Shown here piece by piece: positions 39,957 through 50,200 of a stretch of 64,000 nt of DNA. Source of the stretch: Pseudomonadota bacterium (GTDB lineage: Bacteria > Desulfobacterota > Desulfobacteria > Desulfobacterales > RPRI01). Location: positions 32,001 to 96,000 of the forward strand of contig JBDRRF010000083.1 of the NCBI GenBank assembly GCA_043825875.1, written 5' to 3'. The translations under genes and the position numbers were made by a program. The stretch's first letter is position 1. Every line of letters starts with the position of its first letter. Under the pieces are notes generated by a model. The model did no database searches. It was not told where the DNA came from and was given only the letters and a program-made list of their open reading frames with translations.

Positions 39957-40246
39957 AAAAAGATCATTTTGAAAAACTTGTCGCAAGCATCAAAGAAGCC
40001 GGAGAAATCAAAGCCGGACGAAGCACCGCAAGCCGAACATATGAAATAGGGCCACCTGAGATAAAGATAGTACGAGAAAAACTCAATGTCTCTCAAAGTG
40101 AATTCGCACTTATGATTGGAGTCAGTATTCGAACATTGCAGAATTGGGAGCAAGGAAGAAGAAAGCCTGAAGGGCCAGCGAAAGCATTGTTGCGAATCGC
40201 ATCAAGAAATCCCAGTGCTGTCCTTGATGCTTTACATGCCGAATAG
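39953..40246 (+). CDS. HigA-like XRE helix-turn-helix antitoxin
   Basis: SQSEFALMIGVSIRTLQNWEQGRRKPEGPAKALL; translationally coupled to the toxin. Confidence 0.9.
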   Translation: MKKDHFEKLVASIKEAGEIKAGRSTASRTYEIGPPEIKIVREKLNVSQSEFALMIGVSIRTLQNWEQGRRKPEGPAKALLRIASRNPSAVLDALHAE

Positions 40247-40249
40247 CTG

Positions 40250-40307
40250 GTCAAACATGTCATTTCAGCGGATCGGCAAAGCCGTCCGGTGAATTCTATG
40301 GTGTGAC
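40250..40307 (+). other. Integron attC-like site 2 (58 bp)
   Basis: GTCAAAC-ATGTC-ATTTCAGCGGATCGGC-AAA-GCCGTCCGGTGAATT-CTATG-GTGTGAC. The terminal boxes are complementary except at one base. Starts 3 nt after the antitoxin stop. Confidence 0.65.
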
Positions 40308-40941
40308 ACGATGTCGCATAATTGGGGTAGTATTAGACATTCTATACTCCTTATGTCAAGCAAAAATGTGCGAAGTATAATTCAAATATAATCAGCAAAA
40401 TATACTCTTAGCCAAATTGAGAGAACAGTTCTATTGCTGCACTTTTGGTAATGTGCACTTTGCTTCCGGCGGTTCTCTCATGCTGCGAACTCTTTATCTG
40501 ATCGTTACGTTTATCCGGCATCCCAGCTATTTGCTGACCACCACATCATTCCTTATCCAGATTAAAAAATTCAGAGAGAAGCCCTTAAATTGTCCCTCCC
40601 GGAGTTGTTCCACTCCAACGTACTAAAACGGGCTTTCTCGCCGAAAATGCTCAAAACAATATTTGCTTTGATGTAATTAAATTTTAAGCTGTTTGATGCT
40701 AATCTAAATCCGTCGTTAAACGGCTTGCCTTGGTCCGACCCCTTCTCACTTCTCAATCTTCTCAATTCTCAAATCTCATAATTGAGTCAAGTATTTAAAA
40801 AAGACGGGGTTTTTGCGAGTTCTTGTTGAAATGGCTGAGAAAAAATGACATTATCCTGCGCAAAGTGAGAATTCTCATTAATAATATAATTCTGCTGAAC
40901 GGCTGTTAAACTATACAATATGAAACAAAAGGAGCATCACT

Positions 40942-41532
40942 ATGAGATTGTTAACTCTTTCAATTCTGACCATTTTGTTGTCGGGTTGCGCGACGAGTCC
41001 TAGCTTCGACCATGAGGGTCGATTAAATTTCAGAATACACACAAACAAGAAAATAATATTGGCTGTTCACGACCTGAGGCCCTACGTGCAGAATTCAAAT
41101 AAATCCCCTGATTTTACTGGGATAGAGAGAAATAAGTATGGAATCCCGTCTAGTGTTTATTCAAAGTCAGGAAACCCCTTGGCAGAAGATTTCGGATCAA
41201 TGATTGTAAGGACCATGAAGTTTAGAAATGTCTCTGCCGAGCAGCAAAAAATACCATTCTCCTGGTCATTTTCGACTGTCAAAAAAAACCTGCTGGGGCA
41301 ACAAAAAGGGGCATATGTCTATTATGTCAAGATGCTGGAATGGAAAACAGATACATACGCTCGGACCGCTTTGAATTATAATTTGCAACTAGTCGTATTT
41401 GATGACCAATTCAACGAAGTAGGAAACAAACAGGAAAAAGGGTTATTCGATTTTGATGAAAAAGAGCCTGGGAAAGAGAACCTGACTAAAGCCACATCAG
41501 CAATTCTGGAGAGTCTGTTTGCAGAGCAATAA
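40942..41532 (+). CDS. Hypothetical lipoprotein
   Basis: AGGAG RBS; lipobox LLSGC. Confidence 0.75.
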   Translation: MRLLTLSILTILLSGCATSPSFDHEGRLNFRIHTNKKIILAVHDLRPYVQNSNKSPDFTGIERNKYGIPSSVYSKSGNPLAEDFGSMIVRTMKFRNVSAEQQKIPFSWSFSTVKKNLLGQQKGAYVYYVKMLEWKTDTYARTALNYNLQLVVFDDQFNEVGNKQEKGLFDFDEKEPGKENLTKATSAILESLFAEQ

Positions 41533-41619
41533 GGTTCAATCGGAAGCTAATAGCGCGGCACAATATTATAAGTAATAAGTACGAATACTCTGGCGTGGCA
41601 ATATTTTATATCGCTATAG

Positions 41620-42243
41620 TTGGTTATAATTCTAAAAAAGAGGAGACCACTAATGAGATATTGTGATTTAAATATCATGAGACAGGTTGCTATGAGCCTG
41701 TTAATCCTATTCGTAGTCTCCGGATGCGGCACAACGAATATTGTCAGAAATCTAAAAACGCTTCCAGACACATTTACGGCAACAACAAAACATCCTCAAA
41801 GGCTTGCACTAGTAATAGATAAAGAATATTTCTCCTATGAGATTTTTACTGCGCACACTTGGGTTGGAAATGAAAAATATATAATTCGTTCTCCAGCAGA
41901 TATGTTCTTCGAGTTATTAACGTTCAATTTTGAATCTGTAGAACTTTTCAATGATATGACTGAAATCAATAAGGAAAAGTTTGACCTGATTGCCAGAATG
42001 TCTATTGAGCAGAAATTGGCCAACTGGCACAAAGGATCTCAGAGTGGCTGTCCCATACCAAGCCTTTTCTTTACATTTACCTTTGAGGATATGGCAGGTA
42101 AATCTCGTTTTTCTACCCAGATCAGTTATAGAAGTTGTTCAAAGTATTTTAGCCTCATAAACGACCAGAAAACGACACAAAGCTTTGTCAGGGTATTTAC
42201 AAAACTGTCAGAAGAACTCAACTTGCAAACTTTTGATGATTAA
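41620..42243 (+). CDS. Hypothetical lipoprotein
   Basis: Lipobox VVSGC; the real start is probably an internal ATG after GAGGAG. Confidence 0.7.
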   Translation: MVIILKKRRPLMRYCDLNIMRQVAMSLLILFVVSGCGTTNIVRNLKTLPDTFTATTKHPQRLALVIDKEYFSYEIFTAHTWVGNEKYIIRSPADMFFELLTFNFESVELFNDMTEINKEKFDLIARMSIEQKLANWHKGSQSGCPIPSLFFTFTFEDMAGKSRFSTQISYRSCSKYFSLINDQKTTQSFVRVFTKLSEELNLQTFDD

Positions 42244-42261
42244 CAAAGAAAACGTGGGAAA

Positions 42262-42603
42262 GATGCATCATATAATTGTCAGGGGAATTGACAGGCAGAA
42301 AATATTTAAAAATGATGAAGACCGGAATCATTTTCTAAGCCGTCTGCGTATTATTCTGACAGAAACGAAAACAGATTGCTATGCATGGGCTCTTATCCCC
42401 AACCATTTTCATTTACTGCTAAGAACCGGCAACATTTCCATCTCAACGACAATGAGAAGGTTTTTGAGAAGGGGGACGAAAGGATTTTGGGAGATGGCGA
42501 ATTTGTTTAAAGTGTTCTTAAAGCTGCTAACGAGCAAAGGCAAATAAATATTTGCTTTTTGATAAATAAGTTTATAAGTGTAATACGTAACCTATCTTCC
42601 ACC
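42262..42603 (+). pseudogene. Internally deleted second copy of the RAYT gene
   Basis: Near-identical to 38489-38684, then 39094-39174, then 39431-39495 of copy 1. Confidence 0.9.
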
Positions 42604-42645
42604 TATCTTCCTCGACCGCTCAACCTTAGAAAAAGGAAATGATTA

Positions 42646-43575
42646 ATGCATATTTTAAAGTTGTCTCTTTATATAACCTTAATTCTGTTGTGCATCAGTA
42701 GTAATTTTGTTGTTGCCGGAAGTAACCAGCGGGGAAATCCCCCTGTAAAAGGAAAAGAAGCATTAAACGGTGAGATCGAGAAAAACAGTTTTCCAATTAT
42801 AGAGATGCAACCTGATACTTCAATATGCTTAGAGGCGTGCATAAGGCGCAATCAAATGGCTTCTGTAGGGTTTGCTATAATTCAGGAACAATGTCGATCA
42901 GAGTGCAATTTTGAGAGTACTCTTGCTCTATTGGAATCCTCTAACAAAGAAGATTATGCAAGAGGAGTAAAAGCCTTAACTGAGATGAACGATAACAGGG
43001 CGGTGATTCCTCTTATAATAGCTCTGAAAAAGGATTTAGAAGAAAGAACAGGCTTATGGGCATGGATAATTCCAGCACTTGGTTCTTTAGGAGATCCGGC
43101 GGCCACCTCAGTGCTAATACAAACATTAACCATAAACGATGATTATTGGCTTGGAAGAGAAATGTCAGCCAAAGCCTTGGGTAACATCGGTGACCCATCA
43201 GCTATTCAACCCTTACTTAGTGCTGCCTCACGGGCAGATACTCGTGATTCAGCCATAAAAGCTTTAGTTAATTTCCAGGATAAACGTGCAGTAAATATAT
43301 TTTTATCAGCCTTAGATCCAGAGGAAGAGGAGCAAACTCGTGAAGCAGCTATCAAAGGCCTTCACCTTCTGGGATCAATCGCAGTTCCCGAAATGATTGA
43401 GGCGTTTGCCTATTTCTCATCGGAACATCCAGAAACATCAAAACGGCTCGCTTTATGCCGCCTATTAGGTAATAGTGGGGATGAGCGAGCAATCAAGATG
43501 CTTCAGAAAAGCGTGACTGATCCTGATAAGATAATAACACAATGTGCAGAAGAATTTCTCCAAGTACAGAAATAG
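42646..43575 (+). CDS. Secreted HEAT/PBS-lyase repeat protein
   Basis: Signal peptide; repeated ALGxLGDPxAxxxL motifs; N-terminal CxxxC...CxxxC. Confidence 0.8.
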   Translation: MHILKLSLYITLILLCISSNFVVAGSNQRGNPPVKGKEALNGEIEKNSFPIIEMQPDTSICLEACIRRNQMASVGFAIIQEQCRSECNFESTLALLESSNKEDYARGVKALTEMNDNRAVIPLIIALKKDLEERTGLWAWIIPALGSLGDPAATSVLIQTLTINDDYWLGREMSAKALGNIGDPSAIQPLLSAASRADTRDSAIKALVNFQDKRAVNIFLSALDPEEEEQTREAAIKGLHLLGSIAVPEMIEAFAYFSSEHPETSKRLALCRLLGNSGDERAIKMLQKSVTDPDKIITQCAEEFLQVQK

Positions 43576-43603
43576 AACCAAGGTGTCTGAGAATAGGTGA
43601 AAT

Positions 43604-44062
43604 ATGAAAAAGAAAACTATAGCGGGCCTTTTAGTTGCTTTTGTAATTTTCGTCTGTTTTGTTTTGTGGCTATTAACCGGAGTAAATGAAAAAGGGCACC
43701 AGACCAATGGAGGCGATTATGCAGAAAACCTTCGCCGTTCTAATCTTGCCATTTCTTTAAAGGTTGATGCTGAGGAGTACTATAAACAACACAAGCAATA
43801 CCCTCAAATCGCAGAACTCTACCCTTCTCCCGATATACTCTTAATTGATTATCTGAAATCAGGCGTGATTTCCTACGGTACAGATAAAACATCCTTTTGT
43901 GTACGCTATATTAATAGCGATCAACGTTTCCAAAGGCCTGGCCAAAAGTATGCTATGAGCTGGAATGGTAAGCAATACTGCAGCAAAAAGGAGCACCTAT
44001 TGGGTGTTTCAGAAGATTGGCAGGCAGATAGTGATGGTTTTTATATACACGATCTCCACTAG
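43604..44062 (+). CDS. Hypothetical membrane-anchored protein
   Basis: N-terminal TM helix; 152-aa ORF with RBS. Confidence 0.6.
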   Translation: MKKKTIAGLLVAFVIFVCFVLWLLTGVNEKGHQTNGGDYAENLRRSNLAISLKVDAEEYYKQHKQYPQIAELYPSPDILLIDYLKSGVISYGTDKTSFCVRYINSDQRFQRPGQKYAMSWNGKQYCSKKEHLLGVSEDWQADSDGFYIHDLH

Positions 44063-44073
44063 ACCGCCTTTCT

Positions 44074-45162
44074 TCAATAGCGACGGATCTCCCCGGTTTT
44101 ACAGTTTCTAGGCTTACGATCACTTCCCCATTTTGTGCAGTAACTTAATGAACCATCTCTGTTATAATTATATTGAAGGGTTGGTTCCCCTTTGAAGAAA
44201 TTAGTTTCTTTCGATGTCTGTCCATTGTCGTACCACTGCGCACTATCCCCATGTTGTATGCCGTCTGAATAAGTTGTGAATCTCATACGATAAACAGCGC
44301 CAGATTTCGATACCGAATAAATATCTTGTATCCCGTTACGCTTACCATTGGAATAATTTGTTCTCTGATTTGCATAAGAAAAATTATGCTCATTACTCCA
44401 AGCATAATTTGTTACGAGACCCTCGCGTTTTCCATTCACATACGCTTCTTCAAGCTTAAGATAACCATTCCCAAAATAAGCGCAATTTCTATATGTGTTG
44501 CCAGAAGTTTGACCATTTGGATATGCCCTAAACGAAGATCGGTTATCTGGTTTCATTTTAGGGCAACTGGAATAGTTGTCATTGCTCGCATTATTCCAAT
44601 TGCCGTCATAAGACTCTCTTTGAGAATCTTTTATGTCGGTTCCATTGGAAGATGCTACAAAGCTTTCATATGACATTGGATTTAAATGCTCCTCAGATGC
44701 CATTCCCCCTACAAGATCATTAAAGGAAGAGCCACTATATGACGCGTCGCTAGTCTGATGGTTCGTATTGTTATTTAAGTTTATATGCGGGTTAGGAGAG
44801 TTTTCACGCTCTTTAATTAGAACTTCAAGCTCAGGAAGCACCCTTATACGAAGGTCTGCTTTGACTTTTTGGGAAACATTAATATTATGCGTCATTGCCG
44901 CAACTTTTTGTTCTAATGTTATGTTACCCATAAGCATTATTTTCTCTGTCATCATTTTTTCGAACCGCTCACGACTGACAAACTTCCCCGGCACATCATC
45001 AAACCCTATGAACCAAAAAACATCAGGATTATTGGCTATATCATTATACATTTTGTACTGCGCTTTGAGCTCTTCCACTGACAAATTACTCTGCCCAAAG
45101 GCGGGCATGCTCAGAAGCAAAACAAAACAAACTAAACTTATGAGGTGGCTTTTTACACGCAT
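44074..45162 (-). CDS. Secreted protein with C-terminal MORN-variant (YwqK-like) repeats
   Basis: Signal peptide; YVNGKREG, YSNGKRNG, YSDGIQHG, WYDNGQ repeats. Confidence 0.75.
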   Translation of the reverse strand: MRVKSHLISLVCFVLLLSMPAFGQSNLSVEELKAQYKMYNDIANNPDVFWFIGFDDVPGKFVSRERFEKMMTEKIMLMGNITLEQKVAAMTHNINVSQKVKADLRIRVLPELEVLIKERENSPNPHINLNNNTNHQTSDASYSGSSFNDLVGGMASEEHLNPMSYESFVASSNGTDIKDSQRESYDGNWNNASNDNYSSCPKMKPDNRSSFRAYPNGQTSGNTYRNCAYFGNGYLKLEEAYVNGKREGLVTNYAWSNEHNFSYANQRTNYSNGKRNGIQDIYSVSKSGAVYRMRFTTYSDGIQHGDSAQWYDNGQTSKETNFFKGEPTLQYNYNRDGSLSYCTKWGSDRKPRNCKTGEIRRY

Positions 45163-45494
45163 TAATTATTTCCTTTTTATAAAAACTGAGATGATCATCA
45201 AGAGCGCGACTTAGTGCGACCGGAAGCTGCCCATTGAGAAGGATAGGTTAATGCTGTTTTGCCTTTTGTCAAGTTGCAAGACGCGCCCAAAACCCGCTAT
45301 TGATATTTACAAAGGTGTATTATTGGCATTATTTAATCAGCTTGAACTATTTATCAAAACCTGAATTCATCCCTTTCAGAGAAAGCGTAAGATCTTCGAT
45401 TCTGCCCGAACTGAGTGTGCCCTCCTTGGGGGCAGTTTGGGGCCCTTTAGTTTTATAGTTAATCTCTGAAAACTTAGGCTTACAAACTATTGAT

Positions 45495-45831
45495 CTTCTG
45501 CCTGATAACATCGGTCGTTGCCGCCCGATGCGCTTTCGCTTCAGCCTTAGGATTCGGTGGCAGTTCCATCCTTTTCAGGATGGGCCTCGGTCCGACTTCC
45601 ATAGCCACAAACAATCGCTATTTCAGACAGGTCTCCCCGGATAAGAACGTGAACTTTCGCTACACAACCGCTGTACCCTATCTCCTGAATCCTGGGCTTC
45701 GTTATTTTGTGCTAACTTACCCGGAGACTGAGCCATATATGCTGTTTCTGTTCGTAGGCTCATAGCTTTGCACTTAGGGTTCCTTCAGACAACTCCTCAC
45801 GAGCCCTTGCCTTCGGTTAATATTTATGCTC
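45495..45831 (-). mobile_element. Internal fragment of a group IIC intron 5' ribozyme region (DI-DIII), no RT
   Basis: Plus-strand blocks CAGGTCTCCCCGGATAAGAACGTGAACTTTCGCTACACAACCGC, TGTTTCTGTTCGTAGGCTC, TCCTTCAGAC and GCCCTTGCCTTCGG match, from memory, the antisense of class C intron domain I. Confidence 0.6.
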
Positions 45832-46192
45832 AGAAGAGATTGGTGTCACCCAGTAAAGGGTTATCAAACCTTGATTTGTGATTTAAGATAATAAAGGGCA
45901 AGGCAGTAATCACACAGATCAAGGTTTAACCCCAATTCCCAATATGATTTATTGCAAATCTTATGGTTGTTAGCAAATCTCTTTATGTCCCCAAATCTGA
46001 TGACCAAATATTACATTCACCAAAATTTCTGCTCTATATAGCATTTTATTGGTTAACATTTTATTTGACACAATTAGCTATGAGAGCTAAAATAAATTAT
46101 ATGGTTGTGAATGGGTGCCCCGAATGAGCCTTTTAGCCAAATTCGCTTTATAAATCAAACGTACAAGTAGCGGAACGCTGAGCGATGGAATC

Positions 46193-46207
46193 TGGCACAG
46201 AAATTGT
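46193..46207 (+). promoter_or_regulatory. Possible sigma54 promoter upstream of the BON pseudogene
   Basis: TGGCAC-AGAAA-TTGT; the -12 box has GT instead of GC. Confidence 0.35.
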
Positions 46208-46295
46208 TTATATAATAAGCAGCGAATACATGAACAGCCACAAAAAGCATTCCTGGAACTCCAAAAAGCATCATCAATTAAAAGGAAAAAGTGTC

Positions 46296-47070
46296 ATGTA
46301 AAAAGCAATGTATTGCTTAGCGCTGATCACAACGGTTCCCTCTTTGTTTTTAATCAATGCCAGTCTGTTCGCGTCCGATATGGATGACCGCTGAATCAAC
46401 CGCAAAACAGTTTTATGTGTTCAAGACCTACCTCAAGGGTGATGATATTGACATCCAGGCCAAGGCTTGCGTTGTCACATTGACCGAGACTGTTCCCGAA
46501 GAAGCCCACATACAATTGGCCCGGGAGATCATGGATAACATGCCAGGAGTTAAAAGCGTTGCGAAAACTGTTAGCAAAAAGCGAAGTCCCTGCTGAGTTC
46601 TCGGAGGTGTGACCCGTTACCAATGTAAACACAACACTTTTGTTCCATCGGAACGTGAGCGCCGCCAAAACTGAGGTTTTCGCAAAAGATTGGACCGTCA
46701 CATTGCAGGGCGCGGTCTCCAGCGGGGCCTCAAAGAACCTGACGACTGAATACGCCCAGGATGTAGAAGATGTTAATAACGTTAAAATGAGCTGGCGGTT
46801 TTAAGTGCCAGAATGAGTCCAGAAAATAAAACGGTGGGTGAAAAGATGGATGCCGTGGTAGAATCGATTGATGATGCGTCCATCAACGCCATGATCAAGA
46901 CAACGTTGCTGTATCATCGCTCGACCAGCGCCCTTAAAACCACTGTCGAAACCAAAGAAGGCGGGAAGGCTGAAAAGAATTTGGCCACCAAACATACGAG
47001 TTATGTTCACGGTGTGAAGAGCATGATTAATAACATGACTATCGAGAGAACCAAGTCCAAAACCAAATAG
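46296..47070 (+). pseudogene. Multi-BON (OsmY-like) protein pseudogene
   Basis: Fragments YVFKTYLKGDDI...VVTLT..V...MPGVKSV and IDDASINAMIKTTLLYHRSTSALKT...VHGVKSMINNMTI, split by frameshifts and stops. Confidence 0.75.
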
Positions 47071-47071
47071 A

Positions 47072-47200
47072 CTGCCGGGGTTGGCGAGCAGTCATACGAT
47101 GGATGGGTTTATCCACGTTTTGCTTGTAATCGCAATTGTATTGGTTCTGATCAGAATCATTCAAAACCGGAAATTCCTTAACCACCCAGCTAATTTTTGA
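47072..47200 (+). pseudogene. Lmo0937/DUF5670-like small membrane protein remnant
   Basis: Reads GLASSHTMDGFIHVLLVIAIVLVLIRIIQNRK; N-terminus missing. Confidence 0.55.
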
Positions 47201-47224
47201 AATCAAGTCTGAAAGGAGAAACTC

Positions 47225-50200
47225 ATGACTCCTGAACGGAATACCGTTACGACGTTTATAAGATTTATAATCCGGCTGACAGGTTTTCAGATCGCCGTCT
47301 GCATGCGACAGTTTGAGCGTCCGGCGCGTGTGACATCGCTAATGACAGCGAGGGGCAACCATGTTTCGACATTGTGGCGACAGATAGCTCTTATCGCAGC
47401 GATTGTGTGTGTCTTTGTCGCTGGCCAAGTTCAGGGGAATGGCACGAATCCAACCGTGGTTGAGGGTCAGGCCGGCTTTTCCACTCAGGGTAGTACGCTA
47501 AGCATCACCAACAGCCCGGGGGCAATTATCCACTGGCAGGGGTTCTCAATCGATGCGAACGAAACCACACGCTTCATCCAGCAAAGCGCCGCTTCGAGCG
47601 TCCTCAATCGCGTCATCGGTTCCGATCCTTCGGTTATCCTCGGGACTCTCACATCAAACGGCCGGGTCTTCCTGATCAATCCCAGCGGCATCCTGGTCGG
47701 GCAGGGCGCACACATCGATGTAGCCGGGCTGGTAGCCTCAACTCTCAACCTGAGCAACCAGGACTTTCTCGCGGGTCGGCTCAATTTCGCCTCCAATCCG
47801 CTTGCCGGCACAGTGGAAAACCAGGGTAGTATCACCACGCCTTCGGGTGGCAGCGTCTATCTGGTCGGATCAAACGTCACCAACAGCGGCATCATAAGCA
47901 GCCCGCAGGGCGACGTGATCCTTGCCGCCGGCCAGTCGGCAAAGATTTTCGACTCCAGTACACCGGGGGTGAAGGTCGAACTCACAGCGAGCGATAACGC
48001 CGCCGTCAACCTCGGCGAGATCCTTGCACAAAGCGGGGAAATCGGCATTTACGGCGCTGCGCTGCGGAACGCTGGCATCATCAATGCCGACCAGGTGGTG
48101 CGGGACGCAAGCGGCAAACTCGTCCTGCGTGCAAAGCAGAGCGTGACCCTCGAAGCCGGCAGCCGTATCTGCGCCAACGGCGAGCTGGCCGGCGAGGTCA
48201 TGGTCCAGTCTGAATCTGGCACCACGCTGGTGTACGGCACAATCGAAGCCAAAGGCACTGGCACGGGACAGACCGGCGGCACAGTACGGGTGCTGGGTGA
48301 CAAGGTCGACCTGCTCGATCACGCTCATATTAATGTGTCCGGCAACGCCGGTGGCGGGACGGTGCTGGTCGGTGGCAATTTCCACGGTACCGGGCCGGAG
48401 CAAACCGCCTTTGCCGCCACAATTAGCGCCAACTCCAGCATCAACGCCGATGCGATCAATTCCGGCAACGGTGGCAGGATAGCTATCTGGTCGGACGGCG
48501 ACACCTCTGTGGCCGGCATGCTGACTGCGCACGGCGGAACGAATTCCGGCGATGGTGGTTTCATCGAAACCTCCGGTCACAACCTGTCGATTGCAGAAAG
48601 CACTCGTGTTAACACACTGGCTTCTCAAGGGAAGACTGGCACATGGCTGATCGATCCGCAGGACTTCACCGTAGCAGCGAGCGGCGGGGACATCACGGGG
48701 ACTGCGCTCTCCTCCAATATAGGGACGACTGATGTTGAAGTGCAAAGCAGCGGCGGGGGGACGCCGGGAAGCGGTAACGTGAACATTAATGACGCGGTGG
48801 CCTGGAGCGCGAACAATATCCTGACGCTCACCGCTTCCAACAACGTCAATATCAACGCCAACATTACAGCAACCGGTAACACAGCCGGCCTTGTCATCAA
48901 TCCAAATACCGCGAATGGAGCCGATTCAGCAAGTGGAACGGGCGTGTTCAATCTTAACGGTGCATCCATAACATTATCCGGGACCAGTCCGAGTCTGGCT
49001 ATCGCAGGCGCAAGCTATACCGTGATCAACGACCTGGGCTCTGCGGGTAGTACCACGGCCGCCGATCTGCAGGGGATGAGCGGCGACCGGACCGCCAACT
49101 ACGCCTTGGGCAGCAACATTAATGCTTCAGAAACCGCCAGCTGGAATGCTGGCATGGGTTTCACGCCAATTGGAAATTTGGCCACCCCTTTTACCGGCAT
49201 TTTCGACGGGCTGGGCCACACTGTATCCATGCTCACTATTAATCTGGCAACGCCCGATGTCGGACTGTTTGGGGTAACCGGGAGCGGCACCATCATTCGG
49301 AATGTGGGTCTGGTTGGCAGCAACATAACTGGCCTTGCAGGGACCGGCGCACTTGTTGGAAACAACGGGCCAGACACCTCTATCATCAATAGCTACAGCT
49401 CAGGAAGCGTGAGTGGTGCTGCCGGCACGGGCGGGTTGGTTGGAAGCAGCACGACAGGTTCAATCAGTAACAGTTATTCCACCAGTAGCGTGACTGGTGA
49501 CGCTGGCACCGGTGGACTGATAGGTAGCAATACATCGGGTGCGATTAGTAAAAGTTATGCCACTGGAGATGTGAGTGGCGCTGCCGGCGCGGGCGGGCTG
49601 GTTGGCAGCAACACGTCGGGTGTGATCAGCACCAGCTACGCTACTGGCAGCGTGAGCGGCGCTGCCGGCACAGGCGGACTGATCGGAAGCAACACTTCGG
49701 GCGCGATCAACAATAGCTACGCCACGGGCGGCGTGAACGGGGGGACGGGCGCTGGTGTCGGCGGCCTGATCGGGAGTAATACATCAGGCACCATTATGAA
49801 CAGTTATGCCGCTGGCGGTGTGAGCGGAACCGGTGCCAGCCGCGGAGCGCTCATCGGAAGCAGCAACGCCAACGTCGTCTCCAATAGCTACTGGGACAAA
49901 ACGACATCAATCGAGCAGAGTTCAGCGGGCGGCGGCATTGGCATGACCACCGCAGAGATGATGGCACAAGCCAATTTTACTTCGGCGACTACTGCAAACA
50001 GCCCCGACAATCCAGCATGGGACTTTGTCAATACCTGGACGATGTACGAAGGTATTACTTACCCACTGCTAAGTGATTTCATAACACCGCTTACGGTTAC
50101 GGCGAATAACGACGTCAAGACTTATGATGGACAATTGTATTCCGGCGGAAACGGTGTGACCTATTCCGCGCTGGTCAATGGCATTGCGCCCGCCGGCACC

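Noticed and set aside
40417..40800. Short ORFs or a possible transposase debris stretch
   Set aside because: No motif I can support; left unannotated.
37890..42603. Diversity-generating retroelement (ankyrin repeat pair or RAYT copy pair as TR/VR)
   Set aside because: The ankyrin blocks are identical, RAYT differences are not adenine-specific, and there is no RT gene.
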